Shown: in pieces, positions 54,729-64,000 of the stretch
How the letters are laid out: every line of letters starts with the position of its first letter
Position numbering within the stretch: the first letter of the stretch is position 1
Virus record (IMG/VR): IMGVR_UViG_2938983465_000007
DNA: 64,000 bases
Source of the DNA: an uncultured virus (IMG/VR IMGVR_UViG_2938983465_000007)
Lineage: Duplodnaviria > Heunggongvirae > Uroviricota > Caudoviricetes
Reading direction: 5' to 3' (one strand)
Made by a program: the position numbers and the translations under genes
The notes under the pieces: model-generated
What the model was told of the DNA's origin: nothing
The model's database searches: none
What the model saw: the letters and a program-made list of their open reading frames with translations, nothing else

Positions 54729-55364
54729 TCAGGTGCGAAGGATGAGGCCCAGCGCCTTGAGGTCGGCCTCACCGGCAGCATCCAGGCCGGTCAGCAGGCT
54801 GGCGATCACTTCGGCATCACGGACCACGGCCACCGCCTTGACGTCGGTATCCGTGGCATCCACTGGTCCGAACAGAATTCCGCCAGCCGCACGACGGCCG
54901 TCATCGGCACCGTCGTCGTCGTAGGGCGTCCACTCGCCGAGCCCTGCCAGCACCTGCAGGTTGAAGCGATCACCCACCACGAAGTCGGTGGCCCCGTCGG
55001 AAAGGGTGAAGCCGATTCCGCCGCCGGTGAACGCCTGGCCGACTTGACCAGTGCCCACCTGGCGTCCCTGCGGGTCGACCACCTCGAACTTGCCGCCATT
55101 GGCTCCGGCCTCGGTGATTTCCAGCACGTAGGTGCCACTGATGGCGGCGCTGGTCACCACGGTGGCACCGACAGTGCCGTCACCGGTGTTCCCTGCCGCC
55201 GCGGTCGCGCTCAGCGCATTGGCGGCGGTGATGGGGGCGATCAAGGTACCCGCCACCAGCCGGCCGGAGCCGGCGGTGATGACGATGTTTTCGCGGCTGC
55301 GCGAGCCGTTGGCCTCCGACAGGAGGAACTCTCCGGCGTGAACGCCTTCGGTCTTGATGGTCAT
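54729..55364 (-). CDS. Head decoration protein with an inserted domain
   Basis: EFLLSEANGSRSRE, AVVRDAEV, LKALGLILR. Confidence 0.8.
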   Translation of the reverse strand: MTIKTEGVHAGEFLLSEANGSRSRENIVITAGSGRLVAGTLIAPITAANALSATAAAGNTGDGTVGATVVTSAAISGTYVLEITEAGANGGKFEVVDPQGRQVGTGQVGQAFTGGGIGFTLSDGATDFVVGDRFNLQVLAGLGEWTPYDDDGADDGRRAAGGILFGPVDATDTDVKAVAVVRDAEVIASLLTGLDAAGEADLKALGLILRT

Positions 55365-56533
55365 GCTTGCTTTCCTCCTTTCGAGGCGTTGAGCCGGCGC
55401 TTCGCGTACACGTCGCTCGGCGCCGGGGGTTGGTAAGCCGTGTTCTGCGGCTGATCGTCCGTCGGCACGCGGTTGTCGATCTCCACCTGGGTGCTGCGCG
55501 CTACAATCTTGTCGTACAGCCGCAGACGGGCGCCGTCGGCATCCAGGCCCTCCTCGATGAGCGCCTTGGCCTCATCGGGCATTTTCGCGACGAGGCACAC
55601 CGACCGGACGGCCTTCGCCCTGTCCAAGGCCGCTCGCACCGTCTCGCGATCTTTCAGGCCCGAGGCCTTGATCAGGTACGCCGCGCAGTCGGCCAGACCG
55701 GCCTGGGCGCAGTCCGCCGTCAGCTCCGCAGCCAGTTCGGCCGCCGTCAGTGCGGGGTCGCCCACCGGCTCCCGGCTGGCCAGCAGCCGGCGCGCCGCGT
55801 CGGGCGTGTTGCGATAGCGATTCAGCACCTTGCCCAGGCGTGCGTTCACGCCGATCGGCTCGGCCGAGCCGAGCACCTCGTCCACGAACCCCTTGTCCTT
55901 CGCCTCGGGTGCGGTGAGCCAGGTTTCGTCGTCGATCATCCGGCGCAGCTCGGCGTCATCGACATTCAGCGGCCGATGCTGGTAGCTCGCCACGATGCCC
56001 TCGAACGCCTGGTCCATCATGTCAGCGACCTTGCGCAGGTCTTCGCTGTCGCCTGCCGCGAAGGTCCAGGGGTTGTGGATCATGAACAGCGCGTTGTCGG
56101 CCATTTCGACCCGGTGCGCGCCGCAGGCCGCGACACTGCCCGCGCTGAAGCAGGCCCCGTCGATCCGGGCGGTGCAGCGTTCGCCCAAGGCCCGGAGCGC
56201 GTTGTGGATGGCGATGCCGTCGAAGAGGTCGCCGCCGATGGTGTCGAAGTGAACCAGTACCGGAGAGGTGCCGTCGTCGACTGCTTTCAGGTCGCGGATG
56301 AAATCCGCGGAGGTGATGCCCCAAAAGCCGATTTCGCCGTAGATATAGATCTCGATGGAGGCGGCCGAGCCGGTACCCTCAGCGCTCAGCGCCTTGACGC
56401 TGTACCAGTGCTCGGCCTGCAGATCCGGCGCGACCTGCGCCTTGTTCTGGATGCGCGGATCGGCGAGCGTGCCAACGCCCAGCAGCGCCCACAGGGCGGC
56501 CAGCGCCAGGGGCTGTTCATTGCGTTTCTTCAT
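55361..56533 (-). CDS. Clp-type head maturation protease/scaffold
   Basis: IYIYGEIG, GGDLFDG, SAGS, FMIHNPW, ETWLTA. Confidence 0.9.
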   Translation of the reverse strand: MKKRNEQPLALAALWALLGVGTLADPRIQNKAQVAPDLQAEHWYSVKALSAEGTGSAASIEIYIYGEIGFWGITSADFIRDLKAVDDGTSPVLVHFDTIGGDLFDGIAIHNALRALGERCTARIDGACFSAGSVAACGAHRVEMADNALFMIHNPWTFAAGDSEDLRKVADMMDQAFEGIVASYQHRPLNVDDAELRRMIDDETWLTAPEAKDKGFVDEVLGSAEPIGVNARLGKVLNRYRNTPDAARRLLASREPVGDPALTAAELAAELTADCAQAGLADCAAYLIKASGLKDRETVRAALDRAKAVRSVCLVAKMPDEAKALIEEGLDADGARLRLYDKIVARSTQVEIDNRVPTDDQPQNTAYQPPAPSDVYAKRRLNASKGGKQA

Positions 56534-57983
56534 GGGTCTCCCCTTGGTCTCTCACCGGTTGCCCGGTGTCGGTGGTGTAGTGCAGGTTCAGGCTGTCGGC
56601 CCGGGCGTTGTCCTGGGCGTTCTCCCGGTCGATCACCTCGGCGTCGTATCCGGTGCGTAGCGCATGCTCGCTCCGGCTGGCGAGGCCTCCGCCGATCTCC
56701 AGCAGCTTGCCCTGGACGTCCTGCACCGGATGGATGTAGGCCCAGCCCTGCGGGATCCAACGCGTGCGCAGGAACTCACGTCGCCGCGCCGGATAGTCCG
56801 GCAGGTTGACTGCTCCGCTGAGGTACGCGGTATCCAGCCACCACGCGCGCACCGGGCGGCAGAGCTGGTAGACGTACACGCTGAACTGAACCTGTTCGAT
56901 CCGGCGCCGAAACTCGTTGAGCAGCACCCGCAAGGTGCGGTCGCTGATATCACCCATGTCGCCGGTGAGCAGCTCATACGGCAGGTCGACACCGACCGCC
57001 GCTGCCATCAGTTGCTGTCGCATGAAGTCGACGTAGGTGTTACCGGCGTCCGGCGGGTCGGAGAAAACTACCTCCTCCCCTTCCAACAGTTCCTGCATGG
57101 TCCCCGGCTCCAGGCCGACCATCGGTGTCCCATCGCGATCCTGCGCAGGTGCCAGCCCGGTCGACGGATCGAAGATCGGCGCCCCGTCCTGTCGAGGCCT
57201 GGTGATGAAGCCGGCGAACAGGTTGGAAACCTCCTGCCTGAACAGCACCGCGTCGTCGTAGTTGTCCAGCGACTTCAGCCGCAGGAGAACCGGCGACAAG
57301 CGCGGCACACCGCGCAGCTGGCCACCCTCCAGCGGTTCGAAGATGTGCAGCACCTGGTCCGCCGGGATGCGGTTGAGCTGGTTGTAGCCGCGCCGGGGCG
57401 CCGCCGGATCGCCGGGATGGCTCTGCCACATCCAGTAGGCAACCCGGCGGCCGATGGCGTCGAACTCGATTCCCGCGCGCACCACGTTGCCACTGCGGGT
57501 CTTGAAATTGCGATCCACCGGGACGAAGTCAGGCGGGAGCACCTGCAGTTGCAGAGGTACCGCCAAGCCGTCCTCCGGCCGTCGGTTGCGGCGCCTCACG
57601 AAGCACTCGCCCGCTTCCTCGACCATCCGCGCGATGATCATCTGCAGGCCGTAGAAATCGGTACGGTCATCCGCGTCCGACTCGTCTACCCAGTCCTCCC
57701 ACAGCAGGTTCAACGCCTCGCGCAACGCGGCGTCGTCCAGACGTGCGCGCGGCGTAATGCCGGTGCCGATCAGGTTGCTGACGCGCTTGCTGATCGCGCT
57801 CGCGGCGTAGGGGTCATTCCTCACCGCCGCTCGCGAGCGCTTGCGCAGGGTCGGCAATGCCGGAATGGCTACCGCATTCAGCGCCGCCTCGGGCGCGTCC
57901 CAGCCAGCGGCGCGGCGTCCGGTGCCAGCGCCCTCGTAGCTGTTGCGAATGCGCTTCGACGTGATTCGGTATCGGGTAGCCAT
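56517..57983 (-). CDS. Portal protein (lambda family)
   Basis: RSRAAVRNDPYA, GIEFD, QLRGVP, PYELLTGD. Confidence 0.92.
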   Translation of the reverse strand: MATRYRITSKRIRNSYEGAGTGRRAAGWDAPEAALNAVAIPALPTLRKRSRAAVRNDPYAASAISKRVSNLIGTGITPRARLDDAALREALNLLWEDWVDESDADDRTDFYGLQMIIARMVEEAGECFVRRRNRRPEDGLAVPLQLQVLPPDFVPVDRNFKTRSGNVVRAGIEFDAIGRRVAYWMWQSHPGDPAAPRRGYNQLNRIPADQVLHIFEPLEGGQLRGVPRLSPVLLRLKSLDNYDDAVLFRQEVSNLFAGFITRPRQDGAPIFDPSTGLAPAQDRDGTPMVGLEPGTMQELLEGEEVVFSDPPDAGNTYVDFMRQQLMAAAVGVDLPYELLTGDMGDISDRTLRVLLNEFRRRIEQVQFSVYVYQLCRPVRAWWLDTAYLSGAVNLPDYPARRREFLRTRWIPQGWAYIHPVQDVQGKLLEIGGGLASRSEHALRTGYDAEVIDRENAQDNARADSLNLHYTTDTGQPVRDQGETHEETQ

Positions 57984-58207
57984 CAGATCCCCTTGCCTCC
58001 GCTGTAGAGGCGAACCTGGCGCGAGCGCCGGTTGTTCGTAGCCGCCTCCAGGGCTGCGGCTTCGGCGTACTGCTGCTCCAGAACGCGCAGACTCGCCAGT
58101 TGCGCGCGGTCGACCTGGCGGTCTCCCTTGCGCACCGACTGCCCTTTTTTCAGGATGTCCTGAATCGCCACCCGGACCTCGTCCAGGCGCTGCTGCGCTG
58201 TGCTCAT
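57983..58207 (-). CDS. Head-tail adaptor (gpW-like)
   Basis: 74 aa between terminase and portal, GQSV. Confidence 0.75.
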   Translation of the reverse strand: MSTAQQRLDEVRVAIQDILKKGQSVRKGDRQVDRAQLASLRVLEQQYAEAAALEAATNNRRSRQVRLYSGGKGI

Positions 58208-58218
58208 GCTGACCTCGT

Positions 58219-60234
58219 CTATCGGCGGCTCAGATACCCGCTGCGCGAGGTACGCCGGCCAGTTGGTTGGGATGGTGGGTTCGCGCTCCGCATGGGAGGT
58301 GCCGGCCGCACTGGGGCGCTTGGCGCCTCGTTCTGCGGCTCATGCTCGTCCGCCTCGTCGGCTGCGCTGGGCACCGTGGCGACTGGGTCGGCGAACAGGC
58401 TGCCTTGACCTACCGCTGCGCGCAGGCTGCTCCACTGCGGAGCGTGATAGCGATGCAGGCCGAGGAAGTGGGCCGCGGCCAGGTTGTACACGATGAGGTC
58501 GAGGGCCTCGTTTCGCTCCGACTTGGCCTTGACCCAGTCGGTGCGCTTGAACCCCTTCACGTAGCGGACCACCTTGCGCTCGGCCACGCACTGGTCGAAG
58601 AAGTCAGGCGGCAGGTCTGCGGAGAAGTGCAACGCCCCGGGGCCATCCTTGAGGTGGTAGCGGTTGTAGACCCAGTCCTTCGCCGTGTCGGTACCGACCA
58701 TCCATAGTTCGGCGCCACTCTTCTCGGTGTTGCCCTGCCAGGTGACGTCGACCTTGGACGGCCGCTGGGCTAGCACTGGGCGGCCGCGCTTGCTCGCCCC
58801 CTTCACCGCCAGCACGTTTCGCCAGCGGCGCAGGCGGGTGAACTGGTAGACCTCATGGGTATGGTGACCGCCCGAGTCGATGCAGACCGCGCAGATGGCC
58901 AGGTCCACACCGCTGACGTGCCGATATCGAGCCTTCAGGCGCTCGTCGAGCAGCGCCCAGGTACGCTCGTCGGTCGGGTCGCCGGGGATCACCTGGAAAT
59001 CGACCGTCCAGCGCTCCAGGCCCTCGCCCCAGCCCATCACCAGCATTTCCAAGCGGTTGTGCTGGGTATCGACCGCCGCGGTCAGCAGCAGCGCTCCGGC
59101 GGGTACCAGACCCAGCCGATGCCCCTCGGCCTCGGCTCGCTTGCGCAGCTCGTCCGCCTTGGTCATTTCCTCGGCGCTGTCCCACAGCCGGGCCAAGCGG
59201 GTGTTATAGAACACCTGCATGGACCCGGGATCGCCCTTCTCCTGTAGACGCTTGGCCTCGTCGTACTCCTTCGCCAGGTCCGTCCAGGTCAACCAGCCGG
59301 GAGGCGCATACAGCGCGCTCAGGGTGAAACTGACGGTCTCGCCGTCACCGACGGCATGGGCTCGCCACTCGCCAGCGGACAGCATGGCCGCCTTGTGGTG
59401 CTCCTCGATCAGGGCGCCGCACTCCTCGTTGCAGCACATGTACTGCACAAGGCGGTACTCGGGGTCGTACTTCAGGCCCTCCCATTCCAGCACCTGCATC
59501 GTTCCGCAATGCGGACACGGGACGTAGTAGTGCCGCTGGTCGCCCTGGGTGAAGAGGTCGGCGATCCGCGAAACGCCTTTCAGCGTGGGCGAGCTGGAGT
59601 AGTAGAACTTCGCGCGGCGGCCGAACGTCGAGCCGCGCGCCTCGGCCTGCTTGACCGGGTCACCGTCGTCGTCGACGTCCATTTCCCAGCGATCGATTTC
59701 GTCGCCGTACACGTACCGAGCGGACAACTCGGCCAGGTTGGAGGCCGAGCCGGCTGACGCGCAGTACAGTGCGCCACCCTCGAACTCCTTGGTGTCGAGC
59801 GTGTTTCGCGAGTCGCGCGAGCGGGCCTTGGCAACGCGCGCGGTCAGCACCGGCACGGCCTTGATCGTCTTGTCGATCCGTCCTGATACCCGCTTGCTCA
59901 GCTTCTCGGTGGGCAGCAGCACCAGGATGTTGGCCGGTGCCATGTGGATACAGCCGCCGATCCAGTTCAAGGCGACCTGGGTCTTCATCAGCTGCGAGGC
60001 GATCATGGTCACCACGCGCTTGGCTGGGAACAGCGGCGACAGGCAACGCATCGGCTCGCGCGCATAGGGGGTCCGGTCGGTGTGGTACTTGCCCGGCTCG
60101 GCCGCCCCCGTATCTGCCGGGATCATCTGGAACTCGTCCGCCCACTCATCGATCCATAGTTCGGGGTCAGGCTTCAGTCCTCGACGGTATGCCGCCAGGT
60201 ACACGGCGGCACCGTCGGCATACGGTTGTTCCAT
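58219..60234 (-). CDS. Terminase large subunit (gpA family)
   Basis: ASQLMKT, YGDEID, SSPT, CPHC, RNEALD. Confidence 0.95.
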   Translation of the reverse strand: MEQPYADGAAVYLAAYRRGLKPDPELWIDEWADEFQMIPADTGAAEPGKYHTDRTPYAREPMRCLSPLFPAKRVVTMIASQLMKTQVALNWIGGCIHMAPANILVLLPTEKLSKRVSGRIDKTIKAVPVLTARVAKARSRDSRNTLDTKEFEGGALYCASAGSASNLAELSARYVYGDEIDRWEMDVDDDGDPVKQAEARGSTFGRRAKFYYSSSPTLKGVSRIADLFTQGDQRHYYVPCPHCGTMQVLEWEGLKYDPEYRLVQYMCCNEECGALIEEHHKAAMLSAGEWRAHAVGDGETVSFTLSALYAPPGWLTWTDLAKEYDEAKRLQEKGDPGSMQVFYNTRLARLWDSAEEMTKADELRKRAEAEGHRLGLVPAGALLLTAAVDTQHNRLEMLVMGWGEGLERWTVDFQVIPGDPTDERTWALLDERLKARYRHVSGVDLAICAVCIDSGGHHTHEVYQFTRLRRWRNVLAVKGASKRGRPVLAQRPSKVDVTWQGNTEKSGAELWMVGTDTAKDWVYNRYHLKDGPGALHFSADLPPDFFDQCVAERKVVRYVKGFKRTDWVKAKSERNEALDLIVYNLAAAHFLGLHRYHAPQWSSLRAAVGQGSLFADPVATVPSAADEADEHEPQNEAPSAPVRPAPPMRSANPPSQPTGRRTSRSGYLSRR

Positions 60235-60237
60235 GGT

Positions 60238-60828
60238 TCAGTTCGGCTCCTTGCCCCCTTGTTCGATCTCGGCATCGAGCTGCAGGAGGCGGTCGGCATC
60301 TTCCAAGGCACGGCGCAGCGCCTGGGTCAGGCGGCGTTCGATCTCCCAGGGGTCGGTCAGTGTCACCAGGTCGCCGGCGATCTTCGGCGGCACGCCCATC
60401 AACAGATCGCGCAGAGCGCGCGCAGCGGTGAAGGCCGCGGAGTCGACACGCGCGCGCTCGACCGTCTCGCCACGGCTCTTGCGGTGTTCGTCTTCTGCCA
60501 GCAGAGCCAGGGCGTACTCCCGCCGCGCGCGGGCCTTCTGGTAGTCGGGCAGCGGTGCGGTCTGCCCTGGTGCCGGTAAGGCCGGGCTCGGGGCTGCACC
60601 TGCGCCTATGTGGGCGTACACGCCCTTCTCCACCCGCTCCTGCCGATGCCGCTCGGCCACGGCAGCCTTGCTCGGGTCTGCGCTGGCGGCCAGCAGTTCG
60701 TCGCTCGCCTGGACGTCGACCTTTCCGTCGGCGGTGAGGACGAGACGTCCTTGCCGGACCAGCTTCGACACGTAGGCGCGCGACCAGCCTTGGCGGTCCG
60801 CGAACGCTGCCTTGGTCATGAACTCCAT
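60238..60828 (-). CDS. Terminase small subunit (Nu1-like)
   Basis: N-terminal HTH (TKAAFADRQGWSRAYVSKL), YQKARARRE, upstream of terL. Confidence 0.85.
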   Translation of the reverse strand: MEFMTKAAFADRQGWSRAYVSKLVRQGRLVLTADGKVDVQASDELLAASADPSKAAVAERHRQERVEKGVYAHIGAGAAPSPALPAPGQTAPLPDYQKARARREYALALLAEDEHRKSRGETVERARVDSAAFTAARALRDLLMGVPPKIAGDLVTLTDPWEIERRLTQALRRALEDADRLLQLDAEIEQGGKEPN

Positions 60829-60839
60829 GTGCGGTACCT

Positions 60840-60965
60840 GTTAACCACGATGAACCGAGGGGGTTAACCCGGTTAACCCTGTTAACTAACTTCCCGGCCC
60901 AGCCACTAGCGCGAGAACGGGGTTCGAATCACCCTTGTCGGGGGCGGCGCTTCAGGGGCCCCCGG
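60840..60965. other. Probable cos / packaging region
   Basis: Intergenic region upstream of terS with four GTTAAC copies (60840, 60863, 60872, 60881) and a GGGCGGCG tract. Confidence 0.55.
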
Positions 60966-61082
60966 TACTTTTTGAGTAGCACGTCACTACCCCGTTTTTC
61001 GCGACACCCTGCCCGCAGGTGGCCACTGCCGGCTCGGGTTGAACTAACCCCGCTCCGCCCGGCCAGGCCACCCGCCAACGGT

Positions 61083-61820
61083 TCAGCGCAACGCTTTCGC
61101 CAGGGCCCGCTCGATGTTCGCCTCGATGCGCGCGTCGTCCTCGGCAACACGCCGAACGACTTCGTGAAACTGGAAGCGCACGCGGTACTGAGGCTGGCGG
61201 ACGAAGGCGAGGACCATGGTCAACGTCCGTCCACGGCGCTCGGCGATGCCAATCGGCCGGCGGCCACGGCGCATCACGAAGTACGCCAGTTGGTGTCCCT
61301 TCGCCAGGGAGCGCGCCGACTGAGTGGCGTTTCCTTTGAACCCCGCTCGGTATTCCAGGGCGCCCAGGCCGGAGAGGATCTGGATCATCTGGCCGCGGCT
61401 CATGTTGCCGTACTGGTCCAGCCGGGCGCCCTCCGCTGGAACGACGAACATGCCCGCAGGCAGAATGCCCCGGGCTCGGAGGTTCCGCTCCGACGCCTTG
61501 TCCACCCTCGGCCCCCCGAAGACTTGGGGAGCCACCCAGTCCTCCGGCGCCTGCCCCTTCGAGGCATGGTCCTTTTCGTCCTTCACCCACAAGGCCGCTT
61601 CAAGGCGGCGCGAGGTGGCATGCAGGATGCGGATGGCGTTGCGGGTGAACGGTGTCGGCCGGTCGAAGACCTGGTCGATCTCCCCGACCAGCGCCTGATT
61701 CGCCTGGTTCGCCGTGTGGTTCAAGGCGTCGGCCAACACAGCAGCAGGCAAGTCGCCACCGAGCTGCTGCAAGGACCGAACGGCGTCGTCCAAGTCCCTG
61801 GCCGAGATACTGCCGCGCAT
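61083..61820 (-). CDS. Conserved phage protein (neck/tail-completion-like)
   Basis: ALNHTA...FDRPTPFT motif; basic 245 aa protein. Confidence 0.65.
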   Translation of the reverse strand: MRGSISARDLDDAVRSLQQLGGDLPAAVLADALNHTANQANQALVGEIDQVFDRPTPFTRNAIRILHATSRRLEAALWVKDEKDHASKGQAPEDWVAPQVFGGPRVDKASERNLRARGILPAGMFVVPAEGARLDQYGNMSRGQMIQILSGLGALEYRAGFKGNATQSARSLAKGHQLAYFVMRRGRRPIGIAERRGRTLTMVLAFVRQPQYRVRFQFHEVVRRVAEDDARIEANIERALAKALR

Positions 61821-61822
61821 CG

Positions 61823-62113
61823 CTACTGAATCCGCCAGACCCGGGCAAGGTTGCCCCGAGTCCGGAACAACGCCCACGCGAACACGCCGAGCAAGACGAC
61901 CAGGGGCCAGGCATGCGGCGGTACAACCAGCCAGCCTTTCAGGATGTAGAGCGCTGCAGAACCAGCGCTCCCCATAACCAGCCAGGCGAGGCACGAGATA
62001 CCGAACCGATAGCGTGCTTCCCCCCGCTGGTAGGTGAAGAGCCGGAGGAACATACCGACGCACAGCCAGAACGTCGCTTGCGTCAGCAGCAATTGCACCA
62101 GATGGTTACCCAT
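61823..62113 (-). CDS. Holin-family membrane protein
   Basis: YQRGEARYR, RGNLA; homologous pattern to 7820..8092. Confidence 0.75.
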   Translation of the reverse strand: MGNHLVQLLLTQATFWLCVGMFLRLFTYQRGEARYRFGISCLAWLVMGSAGSAALYILKGWLVVPPHAWPLVVLLGVFAWALFRTRGNLARVWRIQ

Positions 62114-62471
62114 CTTGGCCTCCTATTGCGCCAGGTCCTGCCTTACCTCGCCGGAGCAACCACAGAGAAACAGTCACCACCAGCAGCGCCGCGACAAAGG
62201 CAGCCAGACCCGAATAGTGGAACGGCCGGTATCCGTATACATCAACGTCCCTGATTGCCGGCGCGGTCATATAGCCCATGACGAACGAGATCAGCAGAAA
62301 CAGCACCCGCTGCCAGGTCGGATACTCCTTGTTCGTCGTCGAATACAGCAGAGCGCCGAACAGCGCGCCCACAGCAGCGGCCCCATCGATGCCGGCCAGA
62401 TACCCGGCCAGACCGATACCAGCGGCACCGGCCACAACAGCGGAAGCAGTCGTGCTCGCTGGTTCTCCCAT
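62106..62471 (-). CDS. Putative holin
   Basis: IDGAAAVGALFGA, multiple TM segments; homologous pattern to 7465..7818. Confidence 0.75.
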   Translation of the reverse strand: MGEPASTTASAVVAGAAGIGLAGYLAGIDGAAAVGALFGALLYSTTNKEYPTWQRVLFLLISFVMGYMTAPAIRDVDVYGYRPFHYSGLAAFVAALLVVTVSLWLLRRGKAGPGAIGGQDG

Positions 62472-62497
62472 CGCTAGAACTCCTCAGCCGGCGGCAG

Positions 62498-62528
62498 AAA
62501 AGAGAAAGCCCCTCGAGCGAGGGGCTTT
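62498..62528 (-). terminator. Late-leader terminator (tR'-like)
   Basis: AAAGCCCCTCG / CGAGGGGCTTT hairpin with a T tract, between the Q-like gene and the holin. Confidence 0.75.
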
Positions 62529-62669
62529 CAGGGTGACCCGGGCGGGGAAGCTCCGGGGCGGTTTGCACAGCACGTGCATCAATCGATGCCGGACCGCCTT
62601 GGCGGATCTCGAACACCATGGCGGCTTTGTACCCCCCGAACGGAAAAACCGAAAGGGGGGAATTATCGG

Positions 62670-63227
62670 TTATCCCGACACGGGCTGACGGGGGCTCGCG
62701 GGGGCTGACGGGGGAGCAATTGCCGACGAACGGTATTCACCATTTACCCCGCGTACGGCTTTGCCACGCCGTGCAGCAGTGCGCCGCCGCTCGGCCTTCC
62801 GGAGCGCCTTGATCGCCTCCAGCGTGCCGGCATGCCGTCGGGTCAGTTCGCATAGCACCAGCTCATGGAGGCGCTGTACCCAATTGCGATAAGTACGGTC
62901 GGTGATTTCCCCGACCTCAAGTGCCGCGATCTGCTGTTTGACGGTGCGCGGAGGACAACTCAGATAGCGCAAGCGCGCCAAGCGCGCGAGACATGCGCCT
63001 TCCTCCCCGCGCCGTTCGATCGCATCTATGCATGCCTGAACCTCGCGCGCACGATGATCGACGGAGGCTCCACCGAGCAACACACGCGAACCAGGCTCGC
63101 CGCGCGGCGGCGCGCCCTGCCACTCAATCAAACCCGCCAGGCTGCTGGATATGGAACTGCATCCCACCCCATTACGGCCGATCTGCGCACTCCAATGCCG
63201 CATCAACACTTCGATCTCTTCAATCAT
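62670..63227 (-). CDS. Q-like late regulator / antiterminator
   Basis: IEVLMRHW...YRNWVQRLH; position upstream of the terminator and late operon. Confidence 0.6.
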   Translation of the reverse strand: MIEEIEVLMRHWSAQIGRNGVGCSSISSSLAGLIEWQGAPPRGEPGSRVLLGGASVDHRAREVQACIDAIERRGEEGACLARLARLRYLSCPPRTVKQQIAALEVGEITDRTYRNWVQRLHELVLCELTRRHAGTLEAIKALRKAERRRTAARRGKAVRGVNGEYRSSAIAPPSAPASPRQPVSG

Positions 63228-63254
63228 CGCCCCTCTCCCCGCCCGAAACCTCAA

Positions 63255-63552
63255 CCCAACACAAAAACGCCATACCCAACACACACCCAACACACTTAAA
63301 ACTCAACAAAATCAATGAGTTAGATAAACGTGTGTTGGGTGTGTTGGGTGTGTTGGGTTTTTCCAGCCCTCGCGTAGGAAAAAAAGCAGCGCGCCGCACC
63401 ATGATCTTGGTGCATTTTTTTGTTCGCACGCACGCGCCCGCGCGCGTAAACCCAACACACCCAACACACACACCCAGAGGCCCCGAGTTTCGCGGCCTCA
63501 CACTGTGTTGGGTTCGCAAAACAACCCAACACATACCCAACACACCCAACAC
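63255..63552. repeat. Iteron cluster, putative replication origin
   Basis: 12 copies of CCCAACAC in alternating orientation flanking AT-rich spacers. Confidence 0.8.
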
Positions 63553-63566
63553 ACTTCCGGGCAGAT

Positions 63567-64000
63567 TCACGTCGTGTGCCCCTTCACATGGTCCCAACTG
63601 TCCACGTTCCAGCCCGCGAGCTTGGCCCGCGCCCGCCACTCGACCACGTGCGCACCCAGCGCGGCCGAGGAAGGGGATGGGGGCAGGAAGGACTCCGGGT
63701 CCTCAGGGAAGAAGAACGCCGCGAACCGACGGTTGCTGCCGTCCGTCCAGGGAATTGGCCTGGTCTTCTCGATACTTGCCGTGCTGATGAACAGACTGAA
63801 CTTCGTGTGGCTTATCGAATGCTCCTTGTTCTGCTGGCACCACTCCAAGAACAGCGCGTAGAGATCCTTGCTCATGCATGCCCCCCACAGCCCGTGTCCG
63901 AGTTCACCGCTACGCCAGAGGTGAACGAACGTCTGCCAGGTGGACCTACTCAAGGCCACCAGGCGTTCGCGTGCCGGCGTGCTCGGTGGCTTGGTCTGGG
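63567..64000 (-). CDS. C-terminus of a probable primase/helicase (partial)
   Basis: Frame open to the window edge; TKPPSTPARERL, LYALFLEWC winged-helix-like segment; adjacent to the iterons. Confidence 0.65.
   Translation of the reverse strand, partial: QTKPPSTPARERLVALSRSTWQTFVHLWRSGELGHGLWGACMSKDLYALFLEWCQQNKEHSISHTKFSLFISTASIEKTRPIPWTDGSNRRFAAFFFPEDPESFLPPSPSSAALGAHVVEWRARAKLAGWNVDSWDHVKGHTT

Larger units (their letters stand above)
35890..64000 (-). mobile_element. Lambda-like siphovirus prophage (continues beyond the window)
   Basis: gpA terminase, lambda-type portal, Clp protease, gpE-like capsid, tape measure, GH19 lysin, Q-like gene. Confidence 0.93.

Noticed and set aside
60942..60949. 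GGGCGGCG as an exact lambda cosN
   Set aside because: Partial match, in the opposite orientation relative to the terminase genes; the cut site cannot be fixed from sequence alone
63255..63552. CRISPR array or ORFs in the repeat region
   Set aside because: The repeats are 8 bp, irregularly spaced and inverted, with no cas genes; the ORFs are low-complexity translations of the repeats

Overview
This is GC-rich DNA, consistent with Pseudomonas (probably P. aeruginosa), made up entirely of two adjacent prophages joined at a duplicated 3' half of tRNA-Gly(CCC) (35844-35889). Prophage 1 (1-35889, left end outside the window) is a nearly complete P2/phiCTX-like myovirus. It carries the head, lysis and tail genes Q-P-O-N-M-L-X...T-U-D, an AT-rich accessory operon downstream of the cI-like repressor (candidate HEPN and HNH-like proteins), ogr, a toprim primase-helicase, three orphan DNA methyltransferases and an AlpA/integrase module. 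Prophage 2 (35890 to beyond 64000, mostly minus strand) is a lambda-like siphovirus with Nu1/gpA terminase, portal, Clp protease, major capsid and a non-contractile tail. It also has a split lysis cassette, a Q-like regulator, an iteron-rich origin and an accessory end with three LexA boxes. The most striking signal is an equivalent structured non-coding element, with compensatory changes, upstream of paralogous Dam-like methyltransferases in both unrelated prophages. It combines an anti-Shine-Dalgarno segment in the mRNA leader, a predicted antisense RNA with its own promoter and a SymR-like hairpin; one copy sits next to a LexA box. All calls come from reading motifs by eye; no database searches were run.
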